DNA of 60,985 bases, counting the filler, from Nemertoderma westbladi (Eukaryota > Animalia > Xenacoelomorpha): assembly GCA_032718475.1 (NCBI GenBank). It is 2 parts of 2 records of this genome, joined end to end, with 100 filler letters (N's around TTAATTAATTAA, not from the genome) between each part and the next. Parts side by side here need not be neighbours in the genome. Positions count along the whole stretch, not along the records: positions 29,643 to 60,985 come from JAUCBJ010007076.1; 1 more part is not named here. One strand, written 5' to 3'. The notes below the pieces were generated by a model. That model was not told the origin of the DNA. It made no database searches and saw only the letters and a program-made list of their open reading frames with translations. Below, piece after piece: positions 36,864 to 51,206 of this stretch. Both the position numbers and the translations under genes were made by a program. Each line of letters starts with the position of its first letter. Position 1 is the stretch's first letter.

Positions 36864-37020
36864 CGTTGTTGTGGTGGAGGCTCTGGGAGGATGGGATTCC
36901 CACTCTATACCATCCTTCAGTAAACCTGGAGACGAGTCTGAAACTTTGCATTTCTGTATCCGACCTTGTCAAGAACCTATTCCAGTGCTTGCCTGTGTCC
37001 TTGTGGCGTGGGAATTGCTT
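36864..37020 (+). mobile_element. Relic of a restriction-like endonuclease domain from a CRE/R2-group non-LTR element
   Basis: VVVEALGGW and, after a frameshift, KNLFQCLPVSLWRGN. Confidence 0.5.
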
Positions 37021-37909
37021 GATTGATTTTTTTCCCACATAAAAACATACTGCACAATACTGAATATATAAATAAATCACAATTTGCCGGTAATTAATTT
37101 TACCTTGTTTTTTTTAAGTAAATCGGGCTATGTCCAATTACTGTAAATTAATGGACGGCAGGATAATACATGTTTAAAATTATATAATAAAATTGACTTG
37201 CCGTTTTATTTATAGTTTATTGACAGCGTACCTTTGCACAGTAGTTTACGATATATCACGTGTATACATATAATAATCAAGTTAACTTTTCAGTTTAAAA
37301 TATATAAGTTACGTAAGTAGAGTTTAAAAAGTAGTACAGTATCACATAATAAAATTTACTTGACAAAGTTCAATAAAATAAATATGAACACGTAGTTTAA
37401 AATTTATCCCATGTACAGTAAAATTAACTCCGATGCACTAACATTTACTAGTAAAAAAAGCATATCAATATAATTTTATACAATTAACAAGGATTTATAA
37501 TCAATAAAACAGAACAATTAAATAAAAAAAACAAGTAAAAAATGTGCAAATAGATTAAAATGGAAGGATAGCCATTCCATAAGGGTCCCTGTTCTATATG
37601 CGGTAGACAATATTATTTGTACCAAAATTGTAATGTAATGGATTGGTGCCAATAAAAAGAAAGGCTAAAAGTAAGCTAAAAACAATACCACTAAATACCA
37701 AAATAAAAACACTGTTAGGCCTATAAAATAAATAATTATAAAGTTAAATAAAATACAATGTGTGTTACGTTAATGAATAATCTTAATAAACATATTCCGT
37801 TAGCAGATGTTGTAGGTTTGATTTGTTAAATAAATAAATATAAAGGTAAATAAAATACAATGTTTATTATGTTAATTAATAATCATAACAAATGTATTCA
37901 TTTGCATTT

Positions 37910-38945
37910 TCGGTTAGTCTTTGAGGTTGTGTTTGAATACTTCTAAAGTTTTCACGTTTGTTAAGTTTTGAAGCAGTTCGTTCCAAATTTTTGGGCCCAA
38001 GTAAGTGAACGCTTTCTCGCCGCAAACTGTCGTACAATGGGGGTGCACAGCCGATGACTCAGTATAACGCAGTGAGTGGGTATGACAACGAATGTTAACG
38101 ACGTCTGATATGTAATCGGGTGATATGTTGTTAACAATATGTGATTAATATATGTGATGCTTTAATATATCTAACACATTTCCTCTGCGCAGTGCTTCCA
38201 ATTGCATACGAAGGCGTTGAGTTATGCTGTAAAACCAAGTAGATGTGGCGTTATCGATATGTGGCTGTATCAGCTAGCACGGAGCCAAGGTAAGTGACCG
38301 ATTTTGAATTTTTTATACGTTGGCCACCACAATAGACTTCTAGTTCAGGGATGAAGCTATTTTTTATTGTGTTCCTATGAGTATGCTGTAGGTCTTATCA
38401 AAGTTTATTGCTAATATGTTTTGTACGCACCATTCGAATACATTCATTGGTTTTTATTAAGTTTGTTTGATCAGAAGAATTTGGATCCAGGGTGTCATCC
38501 TTTATTACCTACCATGTGGAAGTCGTTACTGTCTCCTTGGAGCAGTAGAACTACCAAAATAGATCCCTGGGGAACCCCATTTTTAATATGTTTAGTCTCC
38601 GCCGCCGATCGTGTGTTGCCAATAGCAACGTACTGTTCTCCATCAGAGAGATATGACTCCAAATAATCTTCTGTTTTATTGGTACCGGTAGCCTTTATTA
38701 GTTTTTCTAATAATATATTGTGATACACACAGTCAAAGGTTATTCGAAAGTCGATAGTGACCTGACCATACCAGTGAGTTTGCCATTGCCCATGCCATAT
38801 TGAATAGCGCTATCTACAAAGATTAATGCGGTTTCAGTTGAATATCCCTCCCGGCAGCCCGATTGTTAAGATATTTATTAGATTGTTACTGATATAGTAG
38901 TCTTGTAGCTGGTTAAATGCAACTCTTTCAAGTATTTTCAGAAAA
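37910..38945 (-). mobile_element. Degenerate CR1/L2-group LINE 3' fragment
   Basis: LESYLSDGEQYV, IKNGVPQGSIL, and C-terminal EKAFTYLGPKIWNEL...FKHNLK. Confidence 0.75.
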
Positions 38946-38985
38946 AACAATTTTTAAATTCTTTAAAAAATTTTAAATTAATATA

Positions 38986-40500
38986 GAAACAGAGGACTTC
39001 ACACCTGTCGAACTCCAAAGAAGCATTAAAAGCATGTCCAATAATAAAGCGAGTGGATTAGATGAAATCCCAGCGGAGGTATGGAATACCGGAGTGCTAA
39101 ATAGACCATTATTGAATGTTTGCAACCAGATGTTAAAAGAGGAAAAGCCACCACCAATTTGGACTAAAGGTCAACTAAAGCCTCTCCCCAAGAAAGGAGG
39201 CCTCGGCATAACAACAAACTATCGTGGGATCTGTCTGCTTGTGGTAGCTGCCAAAATATACAATAAAATGATTCTATATAGGATTAGTCCTCACATAGAG
39301 AAACTACTGCGTAAGAGCCAAAACGGATTTCGACCAAGTAGATCAACAATAGCTCAGATACTTGCACTACGGAGACTGATTGAAGGAATTAAGTCAAAGA
39401 ATCTCCCCGCAGTCATGACTATTGTGGACTTCAAGAAGGCATTTGACTCCATCCGTAGAGGTAAAATGCTTGAAATCCTAAGAGCTTATGGAATACCAGA
39501 AGTAATTGTTGCTGGCATTGGATGTTATATTGTGACACAGAACCGCAGGTACTCTCACCAGATAGTGAAACTGAGTTTTTCTCAATCCTGGCTGGCGTAC
39601 TGCAAGGTGACACATTAGCACCATTACTATTTGTAATTGTGCTGGATTACGAAATGAGGACGGCCACAAAGGGTGAAGATCTGGGATTCACACTTCAAGA
39701 ACGCAGAAGTAGTAGATATCCGGCAACTACAGTCACAGACACCGACTTTGCGAATGACATCGCCCTGCTCTCTAATACGCTAGCAGATGCACAGCTTCTA
39801 CTAAATAAAGTGGAGAGGGCTGCTAAGGAGGTTGGATTGCATATAAATGCTACCAAGACCGAATTCATGACCTTTAATGTTGATGGAAACTTGACAACCA
39901 TTGATAATAATCAACTAAGGAAGGTCGATGACTTCCAGTACCTTGGATCATGGATAGAGAGTAGCAAAAAGGACATAGAAGTTAGGAAAGCAAAGGCTTG
40001 GGTAGCTCTATCAAAAATGGATACCATTTGGAAATCAGATCTCTCCAGGCACCTGAAGACTAAGTTCTTTCGAGCCAAAGTGGAAAGTGTATTTTTATAC
40101 GGGGATGAGACCTGGACACTGACTAAATTACTTGAACAACGAATTGATGGTTGCTACACAAGACTACTAAGGGCAGCCCTAAACATCAGCTGGAGACAAC
40201 ACATGACAAACGCCGAGCTTTATGGTACAATACCACCTGCATCAACCACCCTCTGTGAACGCAGATTAAGATTGAGTGGGCACTGCTGGCGAAGTAAAGA
40301 CGAGGTCATACCAGATCTACTTCTCTGGCAACCAACTCATGGAAAGCTTAGTCGTGGACGACCTGCCATAACATATATAGATCAACTTGAAAGGGATACT
40401 GAACTTGGGAGAAACGAAATTGCGACAACTATGGAGAATCGGGAAGCCTGGAAGGATCTCATTTCCACTGTCCGAGTTCGCTCGACCTAGTAGTAGTAGT
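38986..40500 (+). mobile_element. 5'-truncated RTE LINE, recent insertion
   Basis: RT motifs NYRGI, SQNGFR, VDFKKAFDS, GVLQGD, DTDFANDI, RRLRLSGH, with one frameshift near 39520. (TAG)n tail and target duplication AAATTAATATA at 38975-38985 and 40501-40511. Confidence 0.92.
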
Positions 40501-42153
40501 AAATTAATATATTTTAAATTTTTGTTACTGCAACGATAATTCTGAATCATCCCTGTGGGGAGAAATATTTATTACTGCCGTATTTTTTAGGCATTTTTAT
40601 TGTTTCAAACTGAGGTTTTTATTATTTATATTTTGACCCCATGCACTTCCAGTAAACTCGGCCATGGGAATTGGAATAAGCCGGGTAATAAATATATATT
40701 TCAAATTGTACAAAACCAAAACAATAATTTCATAACAACATAAATTACAAATTATACTGTAAGTATTTCGTATTTTTGACTTGATAACGGACCCTTTGCC
40801 TATAGAGGTCCAGTTATTATAATTTATAAATTTTATAAATTAATTTAGAGACAAAAATACTGGAGAGGTAAAACGGTTAATATACAGTATCTATAACCTT
40901 TGTTCATAAATTTGTTGGTTAGAAATCCCGGTCATTCTGACTTTTTACTATAAAATTTGAAATGGAATTGATTTTTAAAAAATTTAAAAACTTTCACGAA
41001 TGGCATATTCCGACTTAGATCAGCATTATTGTTCCAAATATATGGTAATCGTAAAAACAACGTAAAATTTCACGCTTTTTAGAACGGCATCTTGTAATTG
41101 AAAACACAAGCAATTTATATGAATATATAATTTAATATTTAAACAATATATAATAATAATATTAATGAAATTAATTACACTAATTAAATAAACAAGAAAC
41201 AATCTGAAACAATCTCGACTTACAATTCATCACACAATAACCATGCCAACTTTTTTCCAATCCTCTCTGCCTCTCCTCTATTCTATATCAATGCAATAGC
41301 AGTACGGTAAGTTGACTTCACTACAATTGATTATATTAGCCAGTTTGCTAATATAATATTAATATTATTTAATATTTAATTTATTTAATTACTCTAAAAG
41401 ACACCGACGAAATATTATAAAATTAACAGATTCAAAATCAGGTTGATTGAAATTCTCGATAAATGCTATAATTTGGTCTGGGCATTTTTTATAATATATA
41501 TAGCATTATTATAAATAGTATTACTAATTTATTTAGTAATTTTAAGAAAAAGACACGAGCAAAAGATTTTAAAAATATCAGGGTCGGAACCAGGGTGTTG
41601 AAGTATACCAAAAAATGAAATCAGTTAGTTTGGGCATTTTTATTTTATAAAACGTTGGTTCAGCCCCACCGTGCCACCCTCCACCCCATTTTTGTGCAAG
41701 GAAACAACACTTATAATGCTCTCTGACATGTCTGGTGTGTTCCAAAAGTCACTGGGATTGAACAATTGTAATTGGAATACATCTTCATGGGGTTTTCTTT
41801 GTAATTAAGTAGAGCTTTAAAAGTTCAATATTAAATTTTTTATTAAATAATACTTTTTTGTTTTTTTTGTTAATTTGAGTATTCTGTATTTGCTGGTATT
41901 GTATTTTTGGTGTTTTATTTTGTTATTAATTTTGGTGTTAATTATTTTTTATTAATCCAGGGAACACTCGTATTAACTCAGGGTCCTCACACGTTAATTC
42001 AGGGCCACCCTTGTTAGCTCAGGGTCCACCCTTGTTAATTCAGAACCATCTCTATTACCTCAAAAAAATCGAATGAATTTTTTTTATATCATAAGGTTTT
42101 CTAAGGTGTTGAATTGATTGAAAATGGTTTTAAATAAGTTGCTTGTATATACA

Positions 42154-42760
42154 ATCCGGATCATGGATCCGGAAGTCAGGTGAGGACCTTCGAATACGTA
42201 AGGGAAAGGCATGGGCAGCCTTGAATAGGCTTTCCAGGATTTGGAAGTCACCGAGAATTAAGCGGAAACTTAAGGTCCGGTTATTTAGAGCAGCAGTAGT
42301 TCCAGTACTCCTCTATGGGAGTCCATGCTGGGCTCTAACTGCTGAGGACACCAAATCTCTGGATGGCACATTCACAAGAATGCTACGCCGGGTTCATTGT
42401 GTCAAGTTCAATGCACACATCTCCAACCAGACACTATATAACATTGGAGGTGTCTTATTGGTTCCCCAAGCTTGACACTAGAACAAAATCGCCTCCGCTT
42501 TGCAGGACATTGCTTTCGCCATGAGGACCAGCCAGTGCATAATCTTGTACTTTGGCAGCCTCATGGAGTGAATAAGCATGGTGGACAGCCCATGACTTTC
42601 TTGAGACGCATCTTAAAGGACACTGGCCTTGAAGATGCGGATGATCTTTCAAATGTCATGGGTGATAGGGAGTTGTGGCGGTGCAATTTTGTCGATAAGC
42701 CGGCACGGCATTCTTAAAAATGCAGCTACAATGCAGCATGCCGATCCTAGTAGTAGTAAT
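42154..42760 (+). mobile_element. RTE LINE 3' fragment
   Basis: GSWI...GKAWAALNRLSRIWKS...RLRFAGHCFR, followed by a TAG-repeat tail. Confidence 0.88.
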
Positions 42761-42782
42761 ACCATTTTGTGTGATGTGTTAT

Positions 42783-43195
42783 GTTAACAATTTCAGACGC
42801 GGGTTACCAATTTCAGTCCCCGGTTACCAATTTAAATCCGTGATTACCAATTCAAGTGACTGGTTACCAATTTCAGTCACTGGTTTCCAATTCAGTTTCT
42901 GGTTTCAAATTTCAGTCCCCGGTTACCGATTTCAGTTTCTGATTTCCAATTTCAGTCCCAGGTTACCAATTTCAGTCACTGGTTACAAATTTCAGTCACT
43001 GGTTACCAATTTCAGTCGCCGGTTACCAATTTCAGTCCCAGGTTACCAATTTCAGTCACCGGTTACAAATTTCAGTCACTGGTTACCAATTTCAGTCGCC
43101 AGTTACCAATTTTAGTCCCCGGTTACTAATTTCAGTTTCCAATTTCTAGTTACCAATTCAATTTCCGGTTACCAATTTCAGACCCCAGTTACCCA
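42783..43195. repeat. 20 bp minisatellite (GGTTACCAATTTCAGTCNCN)
   Basis: About 20 diverged tandem units. Confidence 0.9.
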
Positions 43196-45607
43196 ACCCC
43201 AGCTATAGTATATGGTTACCCCGACCCTTCCACCCCAAAATACCAACCCCCCCCCCCCCCCCACCAAAAAATGTTTCATTTAAAATATATTTACAATAAC
43301 TAATTGTTGTGGAATACTATATATATTATTATTGATGACTACTGATTCGTATGCATGGTTGAAATTTTGCACATAATTTCAAGAAGAATTCACTTTAGTG
43401 CAAAGAATTATAATTTATATAATGTTCTCTGGTATCTCTGGTGTGTTCCAAAAGACTTCCACTTCCACCAGCTTAGGGTTATGTGTTACTTCCACAAATA
43501 ATAATACACAAGTAATATAAATTGGGGGGGGGGGGGGGGGGTCTATGCGCCTGTCGATTTATACGAATCGACAGGCGCAACAAAAGTATTTGGAATATTA
43601 TGCCCATGTATATTTATATATGTAAGCCTTAAAGTATAAACAAATCTGACCTTAACAAAATCAAGGTAGGCATTTGTTATTTTCCATCAGCAACATGGGC
43701 TTTAACTTTTAACTTTACATGGGATTAATAATACTGTAATATTCTAAAACAATACCACATGGCCAACGCCGTCGGCCATGCGCTCGCACGGCGCAAATGC
43801 TCCATTTGCGCTCTCCACCTGGATGGTCTGGCTGCCACTGGAGAGCCAAAGGCTCGACAGAGTCTTATGAGGAATAAATAATGCAGCCTTTTTAATGGAA
43901 CTTAGCAAACCAACATAAACACCAAAGTAAAACCTCATAAGATAGCATTATATCGAACCCCTTGTCAAGTAGGCACTTTGCTTTGATCTTTTTTAGGTCG
44001 ATTTTTAAAGGATTTTTCCAGGAGAATGGCGAAAGCTAGAACGATTCTGTTTGCGCGATCTTATAGATGTCCCGAGCGCGCACAGCAGAGAAATTTTTGG
44101 CAAAAATCTGTTAATTAATTAATTAGTAATTAGCGATTAAAGATTTCTAATTGATTTTTCTCGAAAAGTATTTGGTTTTTCACCTAGCAACGGTGTTTTT
44201 TTTTGTTCATCTCGGTAAGATCTAAAAAAAGTTCAGTCATCGCTATGGCCCTCCTATTACTGTTAATTAGTACTAATTAGCCGAAAACTAATTAGCGTCG
44301 TAACTCGAAAACACTAAGAGCTATGAAAAAACGTAACATCACAAAGTTGTTCGGAATTTTATTCTACACAAAAAAGTCTCTGGCGCCGATGCCGTATCTC
44401 CTACCGTTAATTAGTAATTAACTAATTACTTAATTACCTAATTGGCGGGGGGGCTTTGTCCCCCCCGCCCCCAAATCCTTATTCACAAGGTGTATCAAAG
44501 CGGTTTACTATTTTACAAATGATAATTATTCTAAAATCTTTTGAATCGAACTAATTAACGATTTTACTAATTAGTAAAGTTTCCCAAATTAATTAATAAT
44601 TTATCCAATCCGGCTGCAATTATTAATAAGCTGATTGATCAGCCTGGTTCAGCAAAAGTCAGCAGTTGGTAGTATGCTCAAAAAACTGTGTTCATACTAC
44701 TGACCTATGCCGGTCTGCCGGTAGCTACTACCTAGCTCTGTCTGTATGTAGCTAATCATAGTCTGCAGTGCCGGTGTTCTCTGGGTCTGCTATCGGTACT
44801 GTCAGTCCGAGCTGTATGCACTGCTTGCCTAGAACAACCACATCCGGTACAGCCAGACAGCAGTACAGCGCCGCGGTACCGGGTACCTTTTGTCTGTTCT
44901 TAAGACATGTACAGATGTAAGGGGACGCTTTAGGCTTTCTGGCAGTTATTTAAAACGTTGTAGGCAGATGCCCAAGGTTGGCAATAATGTTCCCCATGTT
45001 CGGGCGCACTCTGAATGCCTAAATTACGGTTGTTTGGTGCAGTTAAAAGTTTCCCAACTTGTAGGCCTATGTAATTGCGTTATTTCAATACCTCACCCAG
45101 GGCTATCTGACGGAATGGATTTTGACCATCAAGGTGGGTAGAGGCCATTGATGGGTATCTGATGCATGCAACAGAAAATTTCATCAGACCGAAATCATGC
45201 AGTCAGGACATGATCTTTACTGACCGTGTACCGGTAGGTGTCCTGCCTATAGGCAATAACATTTTTTGATATAATATTATGTGAATATGTTTTGGCCGGT
45301 AATCTGAAGCTGCAGTCTGGGTCTCAGGTCGAGACAAGACCGTGGTCACCATATCTGGCACCTGATTGGCTCTTACTTTCAAACGTCGAAAATGTGCCCA
45401 GGCCTTGATATTTTACGGTACAATTTTATGCGAAAATGTTTTGGACGGTACTCTGAAGCTCCAGTTTGGGTCCCAGGTCGCGACCATACTGTGGTCACCA
45501 GATACGGCCTCTGATTGGCTGATTCTTTGAACGTTAATAACTCGAGTTTTATTCACGGATGATGCCCCGACAGCCCGACTCACTGATGATGTTTCATAGC
45601 TGTGACG

Positions 45608-45975
45608 ATGAGTTTAACTGGTGCATCGACTCTGCATACGAATTATCGAGCATGGCAATGAGTTTAACCACTGCGTCAACTCAGCGTACGAATTATCCTC
45701 TGTGTCAATGAGTTTAAGCGCTGCATTGACGCCGCGTACGAATTATCCTCTGTGTAAATTAGTTTAACCGCTGCGTTGATGCCGTGTACGAATTATAGAT
45801 CGTGGAAATGAGTTTAACCGCTGCGACGACGCCGCGTACTAATTATTGATCGTGGAAATGAGTTTAACCACTGCATCGACTACACGACACGAACAAATTA
45901 TTGATCGTGGAAATGAGTTTAACCACTGCATCGACTACACGACACGTACAAATTATTGACTGCGCCTACGAATTT
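45608..45975. repeat. ~40 bp diverged tandem repeat
   Basis: AATGAGTTTAACCRCTGCRTCGAC...CGTACGAATTAT, about 9 units. Confidence 0.85.
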
Positions 45976-47858
45976 TATTGCTGGGACAACTTTACGAATG
46001 AAATATTATCCTCGGCCACTAATGCAATAAATTAATATATAGTAATAATTTTTGCAATTTACGTAATTTACGTTTTGTAATTTTCAACAAATTTAAATTA
46101 AATTTATAGTACTGTAATGTTTTTGTTTTGTAATCATTTATTGTAATAAATGCCAATTAATCTCAATTTACTTCTTAGTTCAACCTCTTACCTAGATATA
46201 ACTACTAAAGTTAAATAAGAAACACAATTATGTGCTTATCAACCCCGCGGGATATATGTATTGGTTTTTTTTATTGGTATTATTGGTATTGTTTATACAA
46301 ATATTTTTTGGTAATTTTTTATTGCCGGTATATATATAATTGTTCATTTAATTTTGTGTGTAAACGCTACGCCGACAACCACTGCTAACAATGGGAAGTA
46401 TGAAAATGTATCCTGAGTTCGCGACTCTTGTTTATTGTTTTGGTTAGAATAACCTTCCACTGTAACCCGATCCGATTAATTTGTTTTAACAATGGTTGTC
46501 GGCGTTGGTTGTCGGTTGTCGGCATTTTTACACCCTTTAATTTTGCAGTTGTATATTAACGATGATTGTCGGCGTTGGTTGTCAATTGTCGGCGTTTTTA
46601 CACCCTTTAATTTTGCAGTTGTGTATATTACAACAGGGCGATATCCATTCATTTGAATTTTTTGTTATAAAACAGTTTTAATTAATGCAAAGTAGCAAAT
46701 GCCACGCTGTTATCCAACAACCACAGCTGAATTTGAAACTGAAACCTGTGCTAATGACTCTCGTTTATTGTTTTGGTTAAAATGACCTTCCGCTGTAACC
46801 TGTTCATTTACACTCATTTATGATTACCATTAATTAGTGCTAATAATGGTTGTTGGTTTTCAGCCTAGCGTTTACACCTTTGTAACGCCCGCATTTGTAT
46901 TTAAGTAATAGCGATTTCTTGCACGACGCCACTCATTATTTTGTAATTCCAAACAATTTTGTATAAAATATCATATACATATACATATTATATATATATA
47001 TTAGCAGGGTTGGCCTAACGAAACGAAACGAAAGAAATTTCAATTTCGTTTCATGTATATAGTAATTTACTATCAGTACCGGTATTGCCTTACAGTATTA
47101 TTGTGGAATGGGCAGCCTGGCACTAAGCTATTGCATTACAATAGTACCGGTACCAACCCCCCCCCCCCCCCCCCACCCCCCTCCCCCCAGGTACGGGTAC
47201 AACCCCCCCCCCCCCCCCGTCAGCCGTACCATATCTCTATTGTACGCTTTTACTGTAATGCATGAATGAATGCACGCCCCACTGCCATATTTTTAACAGT
47301 CTTTTCATGTTATCTTATTCAGTTATATACCAGTATGAATAACCCGAGTAGTAAAATTATAATTAATTAGTTAAATAGATTACAGTTGTTTTTTTTTATT
47401 AGTTTTAGTTTTATTATGATTTTGTTCTTTATTATTGAATTTTAAATAATAATATTATTACAGAAATAATATTGTGATGCAAGGCTGCTTGAGAGGTTGT
47501 GCGTAACTAGAATTGAAATCCGGAAATTATTTGACAGTTAGTCCGGTATATAGTTTGCTAAGTTCATTTCACTGGGCCGTGTTATGTTGTAACTGTTGTG
47601 TTGGTATAATGACTTTGTAACAAAAATTAATGTTTATAAATGATCGCAAAAACCAACTATGTGTTTATCGGGTTTGAAAAATTAATTTAATTTAAAACAT
47701 TAAGGAAAAGGCTACCCTTCCACCCCCCCCCCCCCCCCCCTTGCCACAGCTGTAGTTCAGGGTTATCCCGACCGTTCCACCCCCAACCCCAGCCCAGCTA
47801 TGGTTAAGGGTCACCACCGACCCTTCCAGCCCCAACCAGCCCCCCCCCCCCCCCCCCC

Positions 47859-49046
47859 CACAGTGGGGCTGAACCAACTTTTTATAAAAGAAAAATTCCC
47901 GGCCAAATTGGTTTCATTTCTTGGGGCACTTCAACGCCCTGATTCCAAACATAATATTTTCAAAATCTTTTGCCGGTGTCTTTTTCTTAAAATTACTAAA
48001 TAAATTAGTAATGCTATTTATAATAATGCTATATATATTATAAAAAAAATGCCTTTTAAAATGACTTTTAATCAACCTGGTTCCGAATCTGTTAATTTTA
48101 TAATATTTCGTCAGTGTCTTTTAGAGTAATAATATATTTTAAAATAATATTAAATTTATTAATATTATATAGCAGAACTGCCTAATACTCAATTGTAGTG
48201 AATATCAAATTCTCTTACTCCTATTGCACTGATATTAGTATCATTCGAACCGCAATGGTCAATTTAGTGGGTGTTGACATCATTCTCGAGATGTCGGTCA
48301 AATTGTGAGCACTGGCTTAATCTAAATTACACTAGGTAAGCTAGTTACGGTAATGCAATATATCACCATATCACTAAAAATCAGACTTCGACATAAATAA
48401 CAGACTTAGGGAATATGCTTATTTGAACCGCAATGGTCGAATTAGTAGTTGTAGACTCCATCAAAACAAGAGTAGTATAAGAAAATTGATATTTTTTGTG
48501 ATATTGTGATATATTGATAATGAATTGCTGAAGTTATGTGCTCATTTATGTGAATCGCGCTCACATTTTGACCAATATCTCGAGAAGCAATAACTCGACC
48601 ATTGTTTTGATGGTGTCTACCCCCACTAAATCGACCATTGCGGTTTGAATGATACTAATATAAATGCAATAGCAGTACGGTAAGTTGACTTCACTACAAT
48701 TGATTATATTAGCCAGTTTGCTAATATAATATTAATATTATTTAATATTTAATTTATTAAATTACTCTAAAAGACACCGACGAAATATTATAAAATTAAC
48801 AGATTCAAAATCAGGTTGATTGAAATTCTCGATAAATGCTATAATTTGGTCTGGGCATTTTTTATAATATATATAGCATTATTATAAATAGTATTACTAA
48901 TTTATTTAGTAATTTTAAGAAAAAGACACGAGCAAAAGATTTTAAAAATATCAGGGTCGGAACCAGGGTGTTGAAGTATACCAAAAAATGAAATCAGTTA
49001 GTTTGGGCATTTTTATTTTATAAAACGTTGGTTCAGCCCCACCGTG
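47859..49046. mobile_element. Non-autonomous Transib-like foldback element
   Basis: Ends CACAGTGGGGCTGAACCAAC / GTTGGTTCAGCCCCACCGTG, ~450 bp imperfect inverted arms, flanks CCCCC and CCACC (possible 5 bp duplication). Confidence 0.7.
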
Positions 49047-49531
49047 CCACCCTCCACCCCATTTTTGTGCAAGGAAACAACACTTATAATGCTCTCTGAC
49101 ATGTCTGGTGTGTTCCAAAAGTCACTGGGATTGATTGAACAATTGTAATTGGAATACATCTTCATGGGGTTTTCTTTGTAATTAAGTAGAGCTTTAAAAG
49201 TTCAATATTAAATTTTTTATTAAATAATACTTTTTTGTTTTTTTTGTTAATTTGAGTATTCTGTATTTGCTGGTATTGTATTTTTGGTGTTTTATTTTGT
49301 TATTAATTTTGGTGTTAATTATTTTTTATTAATCCAGGGAACACTCGTATTAACTCAGGGTCCTCACACGTTAATTCACGGGCCACCCTTGTTAGCTCAG
49401 GGTCCACCCTTGTTAATTCAGAACCATCTCTATTACCTCAAAAAAATCGAATGAATTTTTTTTATATCATAAGGTTTTCTAAGGTGTTGAATTGATTGAA
49501 AATGGTTTTAAATAAGTTGCTTGTATATACA

Positions 49532-50140
49532 ATCCGGATCATGGATCCGGAAGTCAGGTGAGGACCTTCGAATACGTAAGGGAAAGGCATGGGCAGCCTT
49601 GAATAGGCTTTCCAGGATTTGGAAGTCCCCGAGAATTAAGCGGAAACTTAAGGTCCGGTTATTTAGAGCAGCAGTAGTTCCAGTACTCCTCTATGGGAGT
49701 CCATGCTGGGCTCTAACTGCTGAGGACACCAAATCTCTGGATGGCACATTCACAAGAATGCTACGCCGGGTTCATTGTGTCAAGTTCAATGCACACATCT
49801 CCAACCAGACACTATATAACATTGGAGGTGTCTTATTGGTTCCCCCAAGCTTGACACTAGAACAAAATCGCCTCCGCTTTGCAGGACATTGCTTTCGCCA
49901 TGAGGACCAGCCAGTGCATAATCTTGTACTTTGGCAGCCTCATGGAGTGAATAAGCATGGTGGACAGCCCATGACTTTCTTGAGACGCATCTTAAAGGAC
50001 ACTGGCCTTGAAGATGCGGATGATCTTTCAAATGTCATGGGTGATAGGGAGTTGTGGCGGTGCAATTTTGTCGATAAGCCGGCACGGCATTCTTAAAAAT
50101 GCAGCTGCAATGCAGCATGCCGATCCTAGTAGTAGTAATA
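49532..50140 (+). mobile_element. RTE LINE 3' fragment (duplicate of 42154)
   Basis: Same sequence with one extra C near 49842 that keeps the frame open. Confidence 0.88.
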
Positions 50141-50160
50141 CCATTTTGTGTGATGTGTTA

Positions 50161-50615
50161 TGTTACCAATTTCAGACGCGGGTTACCAATTTCAGTCCCC
50201 GATTACCAATTCAAGTGACTGGTTACCAATTTCAGTCCCCGGTTACCAATTTCAATCCGTGATTACCAATTCAAGTGACTGGTTACCAATTTCAGTCACT
50301 GGTTTCCAATTCAGTTTCTGGTTTCAAATTTCAGTCCCCGGTTACCGATTTCAGTTTCTGATTTCCAATTTCAGTCCCAGGTTACCAATTTCAGTCACTG
50401 GTTACAAATTTCAGTCACTGGTTACCAATTTCAGTCGCCGGTTACCAATTTCAGTCCCAGGTTACCAATTTCAGTCACCGGTTACAAATTTCAGTCACTG
50501 GTTACCAATTTCAGTCGCCAGTTACCAATTTTAGTCCCCGGTTATTAATTTCAGTTTCCAATCTCTAGTTACCAATTCAATTTCCGGTTACCAATTTCAG
50601 ACCCCAGTTACCCAA
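50161..50615. repeat. 20 bp minisatellite, second copy
   Basis: Same unit as 42783, with about two extra units. Confidence 0.9.
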
Positions 50616-51206
50616 CCCCAGCTATAGTATATGGTTACCCCGACCCTTCCACCCCAAAATACCAACCCCCCCCCCCCACCCCCACCAAAAAATGTTTCAT
50701 TTAAAATATATTTACAATAACTAATTGTTGTGGAATACTATATATATTATTATTGATGACTACTGATTCGTATGCATGGTTGAAATTTTGCACATAATTT
50801 CAAGAAGAATTCACTTTAGTGCAAAGAATTATAATTTATATAATGTTCTCTGGTATCTCTGGAGTGTTCCAAAAGACCTCCACTTCCACCAGCTTAGGGT
50901 TATGTGTTACTTCCACAAATAATAATACACAAGTAATATAAATTGGGGGGGTCTATGCGCCTGTCGATTTATACGAATCGACAGGCGCAACAAAAGTATT
51001 TGGAATATTATGCCCATGTATACTAATATATGTAAGACTTTAAGTATAAACAAAACTGACCTTAACAAAATCAAGGTAGGCATTTGTTATTTTCCATCAG
51101 CAACATGGGCTTTAACTTTTACCTTTGCATGGGATTAATAATACTGTAATATTCTAGAACAATACCACATGGCCAACGCCGTCGGCCATGCGCTCGCACG
51201 GCGCAA

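Larger units (their letters stand above)
41290..43826. repeat. Segmental duplication, copy 1 (partner 48663-51236)
   Basis: About 2.5 kb near-identical sequence including a TIR arm, an RTE fragment, a minisatellite and hairpins. Confidence 0.95.

Noticed and set aside
32252-45590. Further CTGATGA hits (32252, 45583) as hammerheads
   Set aside because: No stem II followed by GAAA.
42720-50534. ORFs 42720-43115 and 50160-50534
   Set aside because: Translations of the 20 bp minisatellite.
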